A stretch of DNA of 32,000 nt from Candidatus Iainarchaeum sp. (GCA_028700115.1 JAQVTI010000010.1:4528-36527); one strand, 5' to 3'. Positions 1 through 9,616 are shown, numbered from the stretch's first letter. Notes: generated by a model from the letters alone, not told the origin. Program-made: numbers and translations.

Positions 1-834
1 ATTTTAGAGAAAATAAAAGAAGATGGTTCAGATTTAGTTTTTACTCTTCCTGATGGAGAAACTAAACTTTATAGAGAAATTGAATATATTGATACAAGTG
101 ATGAGATTTTAGTTTGGGTAAATATACCTTATATAGATGATGAATTTGGAACTTTAATTTACATGTATTTTGGAAACTCTTTAGGTGATGAAGAAAACAC
201 AACAAAGACATGGAACAAAGATTATGTTTTAGTTCAACATCTAAATGAAACAAGTGGAACAATTTATGATTCTACAAAATATGATAATGATGCAACTAAT
301 TATAGTGCAACTAGTGGAGCAACTGGACAAATTGGAAAAGCTTATTTTTTTAATGGAAGTTTATCATATTTAACAATACCATCAACTACAATAGAAGAAA
401 ATGGAACTGTTTCTTTATGGATGGATATTAGTAATGCTACTAGTACACAATACTTTCTAGGAGGACCAGGCCAAGGGATAAGATATAATGGAACTTCTTT
501 TTTGGTATTTAATGGTGGAAGTGAATGGGTTGCTTTAAATTGGAACAAAACAGGATATACTTGGATTAATTTATATATTAAAAGAATAAATGCAAATGAT
601 TACAAAATTTATGTGAATGGAACAGAGATTGGAAACTCAATTGCAGGAAACACAGGAACAGATATAAGTTTAAACTTAATTGGAAAAAGATCAGATGGTT
701 ATTATTTTAATGGAAGTTTAGATGAAATAAAAATTTCAAATAAATCAAAAAGTGAAGAATGGATAAAAACAGAATATATAAATCAAAATAATCCTTTAGA
801 GTTTTATGGAGTTGGTGAAATTGAAACTAACTAA
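1..834 (+). CDS. DUF2341 + LamG/concanavalin A-like surface protein, 5' end truncated by window edge
   Basis: Frame 1 is open from base 1 (ILEKIKEDGSDLVFTLPDGETKLYREIEYIDTSDEILVWVNIPYIDDEFGTLIYMYFGNS, DUF2341-like), followed by LamG-like FFNGSLSYLTIPSTTIEENGTVSLWMD...YFNGSLDEIKISNKSKSEEWI. The ATG at 163 in the ORF track is internal. Confidence 0.75.
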   Translation: MLEKIKEDGSDLVFTLPDGETKLYREIEYIDTSDEILVWVNIPYIDDEFGTLIYMYFGNSLGDEENTTKTWNKDYVLVQHLNETSGTIYDSTKYDNDATNYSATSGATGQIGKAYFFNGSLSYLTIPSTTIEENGTVSLWMDISNATSTQYFLGGPGQGIRYNGTSFLVFNGGSEWVALNWNKTGYTWINLYIKRINANDYKIYVNGTEIGNSIAGNTGTDISLNLIGKRSDGYYFNGSLDEIKISNKSKSEEWIKTEYINQNNPLEFYGVGEIETN

Positions 835-835
835 A

Positions 836-1345
836 ATGTATAAAAATCAAAAAGGACTATCAAGTATATTTTCATATATTTTTTATATTTTAATAGGGCT
901 TTCTATTTTATCTATAGTTTTAATGCAAGGAAATCAAATTATTAAAAAAAATGAAGAAAGATATGCATATGAAAAAACTATAGAAAATGTAAATAAAATT
1001 TATGAAACAATAAATAATACATCAACAAATAAAGGAAATAATATTACACAACAGATATATATCCCTTTTGAAATTGAAATAGATTGTTCTAATAATAAAA
1101 TATTTGGAAAAGTAGAATATTCTTCTAACTTTAAAGACGGAAATATAGAAATACAAGGAATTAATATTTATAGAAAATATAACCAAATATATTTTGAAAA
1201 AAATATAAACTTACCAATAAATTTAGATTGTAATACATTAATTTTAAATAAAGGAAATAAAAATTTAGAATTTATTTATAAAAATTATGATATATCTACA
1301 GAACAAATAAATATAGATATAAAATATATTGACTTTACAAAATAA
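836..1345 (+). CDS. Pilin-like/archaellin-like secreted protein (short N-terminus plus hydrophobic helix)
   Basis: MYKNQKGLSSIFSYIFYILIGLSILSIVLMQGN: basic KG site followed by a hydrophobic stretch. Start taken at ATG 836, just after the upstream stop, rather than 806. Confidence 0.55.
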   Translation: MYKNQKGLSSIFSYIFYILIGLSILSIVLMQGNQIIKKNEERYAYEKTIENVNKIYETINNTSTNKGNNITQQIYIPFEIEIDCSNNKIFGKVEYSSNFKDGNIEIQGINIYRKYNQIYFEKNINLPINLDCNTLILNKGNKNLEFIYKNYDISTEQINIDIKYIDFTK

Positions 1346-1354
1346 AGATAAACT

Positions 1355-4276
1355 ATGAATTTAAAAAATAAAGCTGGAATAATTCCTTTAGTAACAGGAG
1401 TAATAATTACTTTAATATCTATAATTATAGCAGGGATTATAATTTCATTTGCATCAGATTATTTTGGAAGTTTAGAAGACATACAAAATTATAATAATAA
1501 CAAGAATAATTTAGAATATATTAATAATGTATTAAATGATTTATCAAGTAAAGGAGAAGGAAGTTATAAACTAATAGATTTAGACCCTACAAATATTATA
1601 ACATTTAATCAAACAGAAAATAACATTACAATTACACAAATTGTAAAAAATAATAATTTTTATAAAAAACAAGATGAAAATAAACAAATTGGAAATTTAA
1701 ATATTTCTAAAGAAAATATGAAATTAATTTTTACTTTAGACTTAAACAATATAGTTGATTTAAATAACTCAATAGATATTACAAGTACAAGACAAAAAGT
1801 TAAATTTGAAGTAGCTGATGATTCTTCTAGTTCTTTTAAAATTGCAGTTAATAGAGAAGATGCAGTAGTTTCTGAAGAAATACAAATTATTTTAGAAGAT
1901 GCAAGTCCTGCTCTTTCAAATGTTTCTTCAGGGACCTATTATTCCGAACAAACAATTACTTTAACCTCTTTAACTGAAAGTTCTACAATTTATTATACTT
2001 TAGATGGATCAACACCTACTGATTCTTCAACAGAATATACAACTTCATTTTCTTTAACAGAAACAACTACTCTAAAAACAATAACTTATAAAGAAAATTA
2101 TAATCCTTCAGAAATTACAACTTATACTTACACAATAGATATACCAACTGAACCTACTGTTTATAACCAACTATTATTTTCAAGTGAAGGCAATGATACA
2201 ACTGATGAAAACTTAGAAATAAGTTTTAGTTCAATTTCTCCAGGAGGGGTAGACACATATATAATTACAGATTGGAGAAAAGACAATAGTTCAATGTGGC
2301 TTATAAACACACCTTTTGATAAACAAGTATCAGGATATACCTCTGGAAATATTAAAAGTTATACAAGTTATGGAACAACATATAATGGAACTTTAGGTGC
2401 AGGATATTCTACAAGAACACCTACATGGACAACTACAAATTGTCCTTTAGGGGGTTGCTATAATTTTGATGGAAGTGATGATTACATATCATTTGGAAAT
2501 GGAAGTTTATATAATAATAAATATTTTACAACATGTGTATATATTAGACCAGACACAGTAAATAAACAACAAGGACTATTTGGACAATATGATAATCACG
2601 GAGTATATAGATATAGAGTCTATTTAAATTCAAATAATAAAATATATTTTGAAGTAGGATGTGATTATTCAAGTCCAGAATGTAGTTCTGGATGGAAAAC
2701 TACAATATATTCAAATAAAACAATAAGCGCAGGAGAAACAGCATATGTTTGTGTTACATATGATGAACAATATGCCAAAATATATATTAATGGAGACTTA
2801 GATAAATCACAAGCAGAAACTAGGCATATAGGGGCAGGATATCTTAATTATTTAGGCACAAATACATATACTCCTTCAGTTATAAAATATTCTGTATCAT
2901 ATACATTTGATGGAATCTTAGATGAATTTCTTGTAAAAGATACTGCCTATTCTGCAGAACAAATTAAACAAATGTATACAGATTTAGAATCTGGAAAACA
3001 TATAAACTCAATTGCTTCTCAAGAAACAGGAAGTGATGAACAATGGAGTGTTTATTTAACACCAACTGATCTTACAGATGAAGGAACTACAAAAGTTACA
3101 AATAATTTATATGTAGATGAAATACTAACTCCTCCTTTATCTAATTATCCTTCAGCTACATATTTTGATTCTTCAATTGATGTAAATTTATTTACTCTAA
3201 GAACAGGAAACACAATTTATTATACAACAGATGGATCAACTCCAACAGACTCATCAACTGAGTTTACAGATTTAATAAATATTTCAGAAGACATTACTCT
3301 AAAAGCAATTAACTATAAAGGAAGTCTGACACCTTCAAGTGTTTCTACATTTAATTATTCTTTTGCAACTTTAGATTTATCAAATATTTTATTATCTTCA
3401 AGTTCTGATACAAACACATCTAGTGAAGATTTAAATATAACATATACAATAAACAACCCTAATAGCTATACAGATGTAACAGTTATTACAGATTGGAAAA
3501 AGAATGGAAACTCAATTGCTGTTTTAAATATGCCTTTTGATGTAAATATATCTAATTCAAATTATAAAAATGTAAAAGATTATTCAGATAATTTAAATCA
3601 TGCAACTCTTGGAGATGGAGATAGTAATAACTCACCTACTTGGACAAACTCATCTAGTTGTAAGGTTGGAGGATGTTATGATTTTGATGGGGTAAATGAT
3701 ACAATAAATATAGAAAATGAAAGTGATTTTGATTTTACAAATGCATTTACATTATCTGCATGGATATATCCTAGAGACTTAACTGCTTCAAAAGCAATAT
3801 TTAGAAAAGACTCTGCATATATATTATATTTATCTACAGGTTTAGATTTATATAACTGGGCAGATTCAACAAGACTTATTTGTGATATATCAAATATAAC
3901 TGTAAATACATGGCAATTAGTTACTGCTACTTGGGATGGAACTACTAAGAAAATATATGTAGATGGAACTTTGTGTAATTCTCTTACAGATTCAACAAAT
4001 TTTAATACAACTGATAATGATATAAGAATAGGATCTTCTTCAACAGTAGGTATGAATTTTGATGGGTTAATTGATGAAGCTTTAGTTTTAGATTTTGCAC
4101 TTACACAAGATCAAATTACTGCTCTTTATAATGCAGGTGTTGCAGGAAAACATTTAGAAACAATTGATTCAAGTGAAACAACTTCTGGAGAAGAATGGAG
4201 TGCAAATTTATTTGTTACAACTAATCAGTCTTCAAAAAGTGCAGACGAATCAAATAGCATAACTATCTTACCTTAG
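1355..4276 (+). CDS. Large pilin-like N-terminus adhesin with two CHB_HEX_C (chitobiase C-terminal type) and two LamG-like modules
   Basis: N-term MNLKNKAGIIPLVTGVIITLISIIIAGIIISFA; repeated TIYYTLDGSTPTDSSTEYT / TIYYTTDGSTPTDSSTEFT; repeated CYNFDGSDDYISFG / CYDFDGVNDTINIENESDF and LDGxxDE motifs. Confidence 0.7.
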   Translation: MNLKNKAGIIPLVTGVIITLISIIIAGIIISFASDYFGSLEDIQNYNNNKNNLEYINNVLNDLSSKGEGSYKLIDLDPTNIITFNQTENNITITQIVKNNNFYKKQDENKQIGNLNISKENMKLIFTLDLNNIVDLNNSIDITSTRQKVKFEVADDSSSSFKIAVNREDAVVSEEIQIILEDASPALSNVSSGTYYSEQTITLTSLTESSTIYYTLDGSTPTDSSTEYTTSFSLTETTTLKTITYKENYNPSEITTYTYTIDIPTEPTVYNQLLFSSEGNDTTDENLEISFSSISPGGVDTYIITDWRKDNSSMWLINTPFDKQVSGYTSGNIKSYTSYGTTYNGTLGAGYSTRTPTWTTTNCPLGGCYNFDGSDDYISFGNGSLYNNKYFTTCVYIRPDTVNKQQGLFGQYDNHGVYRYRVYLNSNNKIYFEVGCDYSSPECSSGWKTTIYSNKTISAGETAYVCVTYDEQYAKIYINGDLDKSQAETRHIGAGYLNYLGTNTYTPSVIKYSVSYTFDGILDEFLVKDTAYSAEQIKQMYTDLESGKHINSIASQETGSDEQWSVYLTPTDLTDEGTTKVTNNLYVDEILTPPLSNYPSATYFDSSIDVNLFTLRTGNTIYYTTDGSTPTDSSTEFTDLINISEDITLKAINYKGSLTPSSVSTFNYSFATLDLSNILLSSSSDTNTSSEDLNITYTINNPNSYTDVTVITDWKKNGNSIAVLNMPFDVNISNSNYKNVKDYSDNLNHATLGDGDSNNSPTWTNSSSCKVGGCYDFDGVNDTINIENESDFDFTNAFTLSAWIYPRDLTASKAIFRKDSAYILYLSTGLDLYNWADSTRLICDISNITVNTWQLVTATWDGTTKKIYVDGTLCNSLTDSTNFNTTDNDIRIGSSSTVGMNFDGLIDEALVLDFALTQDQITALYNAGVAGKHLETIDSSETTSGEEWSANLFVTTNQSSKSADESNSITILP

Positions 4277-4334
4277 AATAATAACACATAATAATTTAAA
4301 TTAAAATTTATAAAAAAACAAAATGTGAACAAAA

Positions 4335-4901
4335 ATGATACCTACAGAAAAACAAGCAATTGAAATTCTTAAAAAATATATTAAAGGAAAAGCTAATTTA
4401 GAACATAATTTAATTGTTGGATATGGAATGAAAGGAATTTCTAAATTTCTTGGAAAAAAAGAAGATGAACAAAATAGATTTTTTGTAATTGGTACTCTTC
4501 ATGATATTGATTTAGAAAAATACAATGGAAATATAAAAAATCATTGTGTAGTTGGAGAAGAAATCTTAAATAAAGAAAATATAGATAAAGAAATCATTAG
4601 AACAATTAAAACACATAATGAAATTTTAGGAATAAAAAAAGAAAAAGAAGAAGACCATTTACTTTTCTCAATAGATGGGCTTTCTGGAATTATTAGAGCA
4701 TATGTTTTAATGAGACCAGATAGAGATATTACACAAGCTAAACTTAAATCTATTAAAAAAAAACTAAAAGACAAAGGATTTGCTGCAAATGTTTCTAGAG
4801 AAGAAATATATTATGCTCCTGATCTTTTAAAAATTGAAAGAGACAAATTTATTGAAGCTGTTTTAGAAGAAGTTAAAAACAATATGGACTTTAGAGAATG
4901 A
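4335..4901 (+). CDS. HD-domain phosphohydrolase family protein
   Basis: H...HD pattern: LEHNLIVGYGMKGISKFL...VIGTLHDIDLEKY...HCVVGEEIL...IKTHNE. Confidence 0.65.
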   Translation: MIPTEKQAIEILKKYIKGKANLEHNLIVGYGMKGISKFLGKKEDEQNRFFVIGTLHDIDLEKYNGNIKNHCVVGEEILNKENIDKEIIRTIKTHNEILGIKKEKEEDHLLFSIDGLSGIIRAYVLMRPDRDITQAKLKSIKKKLKDKGFAANVSREEIYYAPDLLKIERDKFIEAVLEEVKNNMDFRE

Positions 4902-4907
4902 TTAAAA

Positions 4908-5180
4908 ATGGCAAAACCAATTAATATTAATTGTAGAAAACAAATACCTACTCTAAAAATTAAAGAACTTAAAAAAGTTTATAATAAATTAGGATTTGTA
5001 GAAGACGAACAAAGACATAGACATATTATTTTTAAAGATAAAAATGGAAAACAACTTATCTTAATGAAAGGACAAAAAGACATACCTTCAGGTACATTAA
5101 TGCAAATAATTACAGAAATGGCAAAAGAAACAGGAAAAACTAAAAAAGAAATAATTGAGTTTATTATGAAACATAAATAA
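4908..5180 (+). CDS. HicA-like small dsRBD-fold protein (putative mRNA interferase family), no HicB partner adjacent
   Basis: KELKKVYNKLGFVEDEQRHRHIIFKDKNGKQLILMKGQKDIPSGTLMQII resembles the HicA pattern (LGF...H.IF....G....K.IP.GTL..I). Confidence 0.5.
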   Translation: MAKPININCRKQIPTLKIKELKKVYNKLGFVEDEQRHRHIIFKDKNGKQLILMKGQKDIPSGTLMQIITEMAKETGKTKKEIIEFIMKHK

Positions 5181-5204
5181 ACTCTTTTTAACAAATTTTA
5201 CAAA

Positions 5205-6605
5205 CTATTTAGAAGAAAGTGCAATATGCACATCATCTAATTGTTTTTCGAATACCTCATTTGGAGCATTTTCCATTAAAGAAACACCTGACTTTGTTTT
5301 TGGAAAGGCTATGAAGTCTTTTATTGAGTCTTTTCCTTTAAGTAGCATCAAAAGTCTATCAATACCTATTGCAAAACCACCATGTGGAGGAGCTCCAAAA
5401 GTAAAGGCATCTAATAAGAAACCAAACTTGTTTCTTGCTTCTTTATCTGAAAGACCTAATATATTAAATATATTTTTTTGTTTTAAAGGATCATGTATTC
5501 TGATCCCCCCAGAACCAAGCTCAACACCATTTAAAACAAGATCAAAACTTTCTGAGTCTAGTTTTAGATAATCTTCTTTAGTTTTACAAGAATCTAATTT
5601 TTCCCATGAATCCTCAGTTGCTTGAGTAAATGGATGATGAGCAGAAACTACTCTATTTTCAGTTTCATTCATTTCAAATAATGGGAAGTTATCAACCCAT
5701 ACAAATGCAAACTCTTTAGGATCATTTGTATCTTTTCTTGTATCTGGTTTATCACATTTATATTTTTCCATAGACTCTTTATATGAGATATGTGGAAAAG
5801 GAGTTTTTAGATCAACATCTAAAACCTCTTTAAACATTACTTTTAGCATATCTTCAAAAAGCTCTTGAATATCTTCCTTTGTAATAAATGACATCTCTAA
5901 ATCTAATTGAGTAAACTCAGGTTGCCTGTCTCCTCTTAAATCTTCATCTCTTAGACATTTTGCTAATTGGTAATATCTATCAAAACCAGCAACCATTAAA
6001 CTTTGTTTGTAAACTTGAGGAGATTGCGGAAGAGAATAAAACATATGTTTATGAATTCTACTTGGAACTATAAAATCTCTTGCTCCTTCAGGAGTACTTC
6101 TACAAAGCATAGGTGTATCTACATCTAAAAACTTTTTAGAATCTAAATATTTTCTAATTGAAGAAATTACTTTTTGTTTAAAAATAAAAGTATCTGTCAT
6201 TTCTTTTCTTCTTAGATCTAAATATCTGTATTTTAATCTAGTTTCTTCATTTGCTTTTAATTCTCCAGAAACTTCAACAGGTAAATCTTTACATTTATTT
6301 AAAACTTCTATTTCTTTTGTTAAAACTTCAATTTCACCAGTCTCAAGATTAGGATTTATTTTTGGTTTTACTTGAACATCTCCTTTTATCTTAATTACAT
6401 ATTCACTTTTTAGATCTGCTAAAAAATCTAGCTTTTCAATTAAGTCTTTTAAAATTATAACTTGAGTAATTCCATATCTATCTCTTAGATCAATAAACAT
6501 TATGTTTTTTCCTGCTTTTCTTACAGAATTTATCCAACCACATAAAATTACTTCTTTATTTTCATCATCTTTTCTAAGTTCACCACATGTATGTGTTCTA
6601 AGCAT
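5205..6605 (-). CDS. aspS: Aspartyl-tRNA synthetase, bacterial-type sequence without GAD insertion domain
   Basis: RYLDLRR, TPEGARDF, QSPQVYKQ, CLRDEDLRGDRQPEFTQLDLEMSF, YKCDKPDTR, HHPFT, ELGSGGIRIHD, EARNKFGFLLDAFTFGAPPHGGFAIGIDRLLMLL. Confidence 0.93.
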   Translation of the reverse strand: MLRTHTCGELRKDDENKEVILCGWINSVRKAGKNIMFIDLRDRYGITQVIILKDLIEKLDFLADLKSEYVIKIKGDVQVKPKINPNLETGEIEVLTKEIEVLNKCKDLPVEVSGELKANEETRLKYRYLDLRRKEMTDTFIFKQKVISSIRKYLDSKKFLDVDTPMLCRSTPEGARDFIVPSRIHKHMFYSLPQSPQVYKQSLMVAGFDRYYQLAKCLRDEDLRGDRQPEFTQLDLEMSFITKEDIQELFEDMLKVMFKEVLDVDLKTPFPHISYKESMEKYKCDKPDTRKDTNDPKEFAFVWVDNFPLFEMNETENRVVSAHHPFTQATEDSWEKLDSCKTKEDYLKLDSESFDLVLNGVELGSGGIRIHDPLKQKNIFNILGLSDKEARNKFGFLLDAFTFGAPPHGGFAIGIDRLLMLLKGKDSIKDFIAFPKTKSGVSLMENAPNEVFEKQLDDVHIALSSK

Positions 6606-6754
6606 TTAAAATCACCTTAAATATAATATATATTATATAGAAAAGTGTTTATAAAAATACTTGTTTTTAATAGAAAATAGATATAATCTTTTAATAAAAA
6701 AGAATAATTTATATATAGTCTATTAGTAAAAGACAATATCCATATTAAAAAAAA

Positions 6755-7852
6755 CTAAAATAAAGAGAAAAAGAAATTTTTTAAAATATCAAAAATATAA
6801 ACTTCAGTAAAAACTCCAACAAATAAGAAACCAATTGCAAAAGCTAATAAAATAAAACAATATTTTATAATATTAATAAATCTATCAGACTCAATTTTTT
6901 CCTTAGAAATTCCAACTGAAAGCAAATTACCACTCATTGCTCCTAAAAAATAAGATATTATTTCTAAAATCATATGTGGCAAAACACTTAAAAGTAAAGG
7001 AATTAGGAATGCAAAAAATCCAGTTTGATAAAACAAAGCATAAGTTAAAGAATATTGAGTAAAAACAACACCCCAGTAAACTGCATTCCAAACAATTATT
7101 AAAATTGCCCCTAATGGAAACACTAAGGCAATTATTAAAGCAACAAGCATTACTGAGAAATTATTTACAAAAATATCTAAAAATACAGATTGTTTTGATT
7201 GGTTTGAAAAACCTATATCTTTTGATGGAAGTAAAGAATCATTCCAACCATTTGAAGAAAATAAAGATGAAGAATATTCTTGAGGAATAAAAGCTACTAA
7301 AGAAATTACAACTAGAAATATTCCTAAAAAAAAATTTAAATAAACAGAAAGAATTTCTTTATTTTCATAATATAATTGTTTAAAAGAAAGATCAATTTTA
7401 TTTGAAAAACTAGGTTTAAATTTAAATAAAGTTATACCTTTACTTTCTACTCTCTCTGTTCTTCCAACTAAAAGTTCATTATATCTTATTTGCTTTTGTA
7501 TAAATGGAGCTAGAAACAAAGTTGTTAAAAAAACAGCAAAAACACCTGGGTTGTTTGGAAAAAGTAAAATTGCAAAACAAAAACCTACCATTGTTCCTAA
7601 AATTGCAAAATAAAGAGACTTTAAATTTCTAGGCAAATCATCTGCTAATCTTTCAGGTATACTTTTTATATAATCTAAAATCTCTAAAAATTTGTTTTTT
7701 ACAATATGCTTTTTTGGTCTAAAAGCTTTACTATAATCATGATTATTCTTTTTTTTCTTTTTTGGTTTTTCTGAAAAACCATCTAAACCTTCTGAGAAAC
7801 TTATATTTGTATTTAACTCTTTTAAAGACATTTTAGATTTTTTTAAAGCCAT
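6755..7852 (-). CDS. Stage II sporulation protein M (SpoIIM)-family integral membrane protein
   Basis: Multiple hydrophobic segments with FLIPLLLSVLPHMILEIISYFLGAMSGNLL and FINIIKYCFILLAFAIGFLFVGVFTEVYI; charged N-terminal cytosolic tail. Confidence 0.6.
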   Translation of the reverse strand: MALKKSKMSLKELNTNISFSEGLDGFSEKPKKKKKNNHDYSKAFRPKKHIVKNKFLEILDYIKSIPERLADDLPRNLKSLYFAILGTMVGFCFAILLFPNNPGVFAVFLTTLFLAPFIQKQIRYNELLVGRTERVESKGITLFKFKPSFSNKIDLSFKQLYYENKEILSVYLNFFLGIFLVVISLVAFIPQEYSSSLFSSNGWNDSLLPSKDIGFSNQSKQSVFLDIFVNNFSVMLVALIIALVFPLGAILIIVWNAVYWGVVFTQYSLTYALFYQTGFFAFLIPLLLSVLPHMILEIISYFLGAMSGNLLSVGISKEKIESDRFINIIKYCFILLAFAIGFLFVGVFTEVYIFDILKNFFFSLF

Positions 7853-7902
7853 AATAATTTATGAACACAGAAACTTATAAAAAGAGAACTTTTTATTTAA
7901 AA

Positions 7903-9123
7903 TTATTTTTTATTTAAGTACAACCGATGTATTTTTTCTCGTGTTATATATTCTTTTATTTTATCTTCAAAATCTTTTGAGAAAAAATTAGATTTAAATA
8001 AATCTGAAAATTTATATATAGAAATATCTGAAACTAAATCTAAAAAATTATTATCTTTTAAAAAAGTTTCAAGATCTTTTCTTTTGTCTGTATTTTTTAA
8101 AGGAAGCTTAATTGAATCATATTCTTTAACTAACATATTTTTATTAGTTCCAAATAATTTTTCTAAATTATTTTCCTTTGAATAATTAATAATTGCTTCT
8201 TTTAATAAAGCAAGCTCTTTATCTATATCTTTTGTAATCTCTAACTTTTTTTCAGAAAGCTCTTGATATTTATCAACTAAAGTAACACCTTTTTCTTTTA
8301 AATATTTATTTTCTAAAACAGGTTCTTGTTTGTCCAAAAAATCATGTTTTTTTAAAGGACAAATAGTTCTAAATGAACACCAGTCACATAAAGCAGATGG
8401 CTTTGCAGGAAAATAATCTTTTTCCTTTGCATCCTCTATATCTCTTATATTTTCAATTACTTCTTTTTCTAAAAGACTTAATTGTTCATCTGTTCTATAA
8501 GAAGTTTGTTTGATTCCAGCAGATAAAAAATACCAAGAAAGAGATATTTCTTTAACAAAAGGATATAATTTCTTAATTGCAATCATATATATTGCAAGTT
8601 GTCTATCTTTGTCAACTTCTTCTTGAGTTTTTGCTTGTGCATTTGTTTTATAATCTCCAATTTCTATGTGGTCTTTTGAAATTAATGCAAGCTTATCAAT
8701 ATACCCTACAAGATTATATGTTTTGTCTTTAACAGAATCATAAAAAGAAATTGTAATTTCTTGTTCTAAACCTAATGTCTTTGCTTGGTCAAAAGGCTTA
8801 TATTGATTATAATAATTTATTAAATATTTTTCACCAGTCTCTCTGTAATTTTCAATTACAAAACCATCTCTTATGATTTCAACTTTTTCTTCAGAATAAC
8901 TTTCTTTAAAAAGAGAATTATAATATTCTAAAACTTCTTCAATTGTGTTTAATTTATTATATTTTAGATCCTTATATAATTTTTCTAAAGTATCATGAAC
9001 CATTGAACCCATAAATGCTTCTGCATTTTGTTTCTTTTTAATATCTGGTTTTTCTATATAGTTATATTTAAACTGCAGAGGGCATGTTTTAAAAGTTTCA
9101 ATTGAAGAATGTGAATATCTCAT
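7903..9123 (-). CDS. PD-(D/E)XK superfamily nuclease (Cas4/RecB-AddB-like) with four-cysteine Fe-S motif
   Basis: SIETFKTCPLQFKYNYI, GSMVHDTLEKLY, GYIDKLALISKDHIEIGDYKT, RQLAIYMIA (QxxxY), CDWCSFRTIC. Confidence 0.82.
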   Translation of the reverse strand: MRYSHSSIETFKTCPLQFKYNYIEKPDIKKKQNAEAFMGSMVHDTLEKLYKDLKYNKLNTIEEVLEYYNSLFKESYSEEKVEIIRDGFVIENYRETGEKYLINYYNQYKPFDQAKTLGLEQEITISFYDSVKDKTYNLVGYIDKLALISKDHIEIGDYKTNAQAKTQEEVDKDRQLAIYMIAIKKLYPFVKEISLSWYFLSAGIKQTSYRTDEQLSLLEKEVIENIRDIEDAKEKDYFPAKPSALCDWCSFRTICPLKKHDFLDKQEPVLENKYLKEKGVTLVDKYQELSEKKLEITKDIDKELALLKEAIINYSKENNLEKLFGTNKNMLVKEYDSIKLPLKNTDKRKDLETFLKDNNFLDLVSDISIYKFSDLFKSNFFSKDFEDKIKEYITREKIHRLYLNKK

Positions 9124-9211
9124 AATTTATCATATTTTTAAATATCTAAATAAATTATAGTAAAAAGAGTTTATATTGTTTTTGTAGGAGTTAATGACCG
9201 TAAAAAAAAGT

Positions 9212-9270
9212 TTTCTCGACCAGACGCCCTGCTTGAAAATAGATATATTCTTCCTTGACTATAAATATAT
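9212..9270. repeat. Direct repeat copy 1 (~59 bp), imperfect, matches 9948-10006
   Basis: tttctcgaccagacgccctgcttgaaaatagatatattcttccttgactataaatatat; about 5 mismatches to copy 2; both end in a TATA-like taaatatat. Confidence 0.9.
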
Positions 9271-9343
9271 AAGGATTCTAAATGAAAGAAGCAATTATAA
9301 ACACAAAGAAAAGCTTATATATCAATTGATATATAAAATATAT

Positions 9344-9616
9344 ATGGTGAAAAATAAAAAAACTAAAATAAGATCACCTACATTAGATACAGTATTTATG
9401 ATTGAAAAAAATATAGAAAAATACAGTGGTACTTATAACAAAACAAAATTATGGAAAATACTACCAAAAAAAGTAATGTGGCAAACATACACACTAATTT
9501 TAGATTATTTAAAAAATATTAATAAAATTGCTTATGATAAAGAAAATAAAATAGCCTATATATGGAATCCAAAACTTGCAAAAAAGCTTAATTCTAGAAA
9601 GGAAATTAAAATATGA
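9344..9616 (+). CDS. Small putative antitoxin-like protein upstream of RelE-family toxin remnant
   Basis: MVKNKKTKIRSPTLDTVFMIEKNIEKYSGTYNKTKLWKILPKKVMWQTYTLILDYLKNINKIAYDKENKIAYIWNPKLAKK; internal ATG 9344 chosen over 9194 because 9194 overlaps the repeat; ATGA overlap (TGA 9614-9616 with ATG 9613) with the next ORF suggests translational coupling. Confidence 0.5.
   Translation: MVKNKKTKIRSPTLDTVFMIEKNIEKYSGTYNKTKLWKILPKKVMWQTYTLILDYLKNINKIAYDKENKIAYIWNPKLAKKLNSRKEIKI

Noticed and set aside
62-548. Minus-strand ORFs 62-262 and 342-548
   Set aside because: Antisense to the DUF2341/LamG coding frame.
4541-4774. 77-aa minus-strand ORF
   Set aside because: Antisense shadow of the HD-domain gene.
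4979-5194. 71-aa minus-strand ORF
   Set aside because: Antisense to the HicA-like ORF; hydrophobic composition is a by-product of the A/T-rich complementary strand.
5311-5571. 86-aa plus-strand ORF
   Set aside because: Antisense to conserved aspS motifs.
7105-7290. 61-aa plus-strand ORF
   Set aside because: Antisense inside the SpoIIM-like gene, low complexity.
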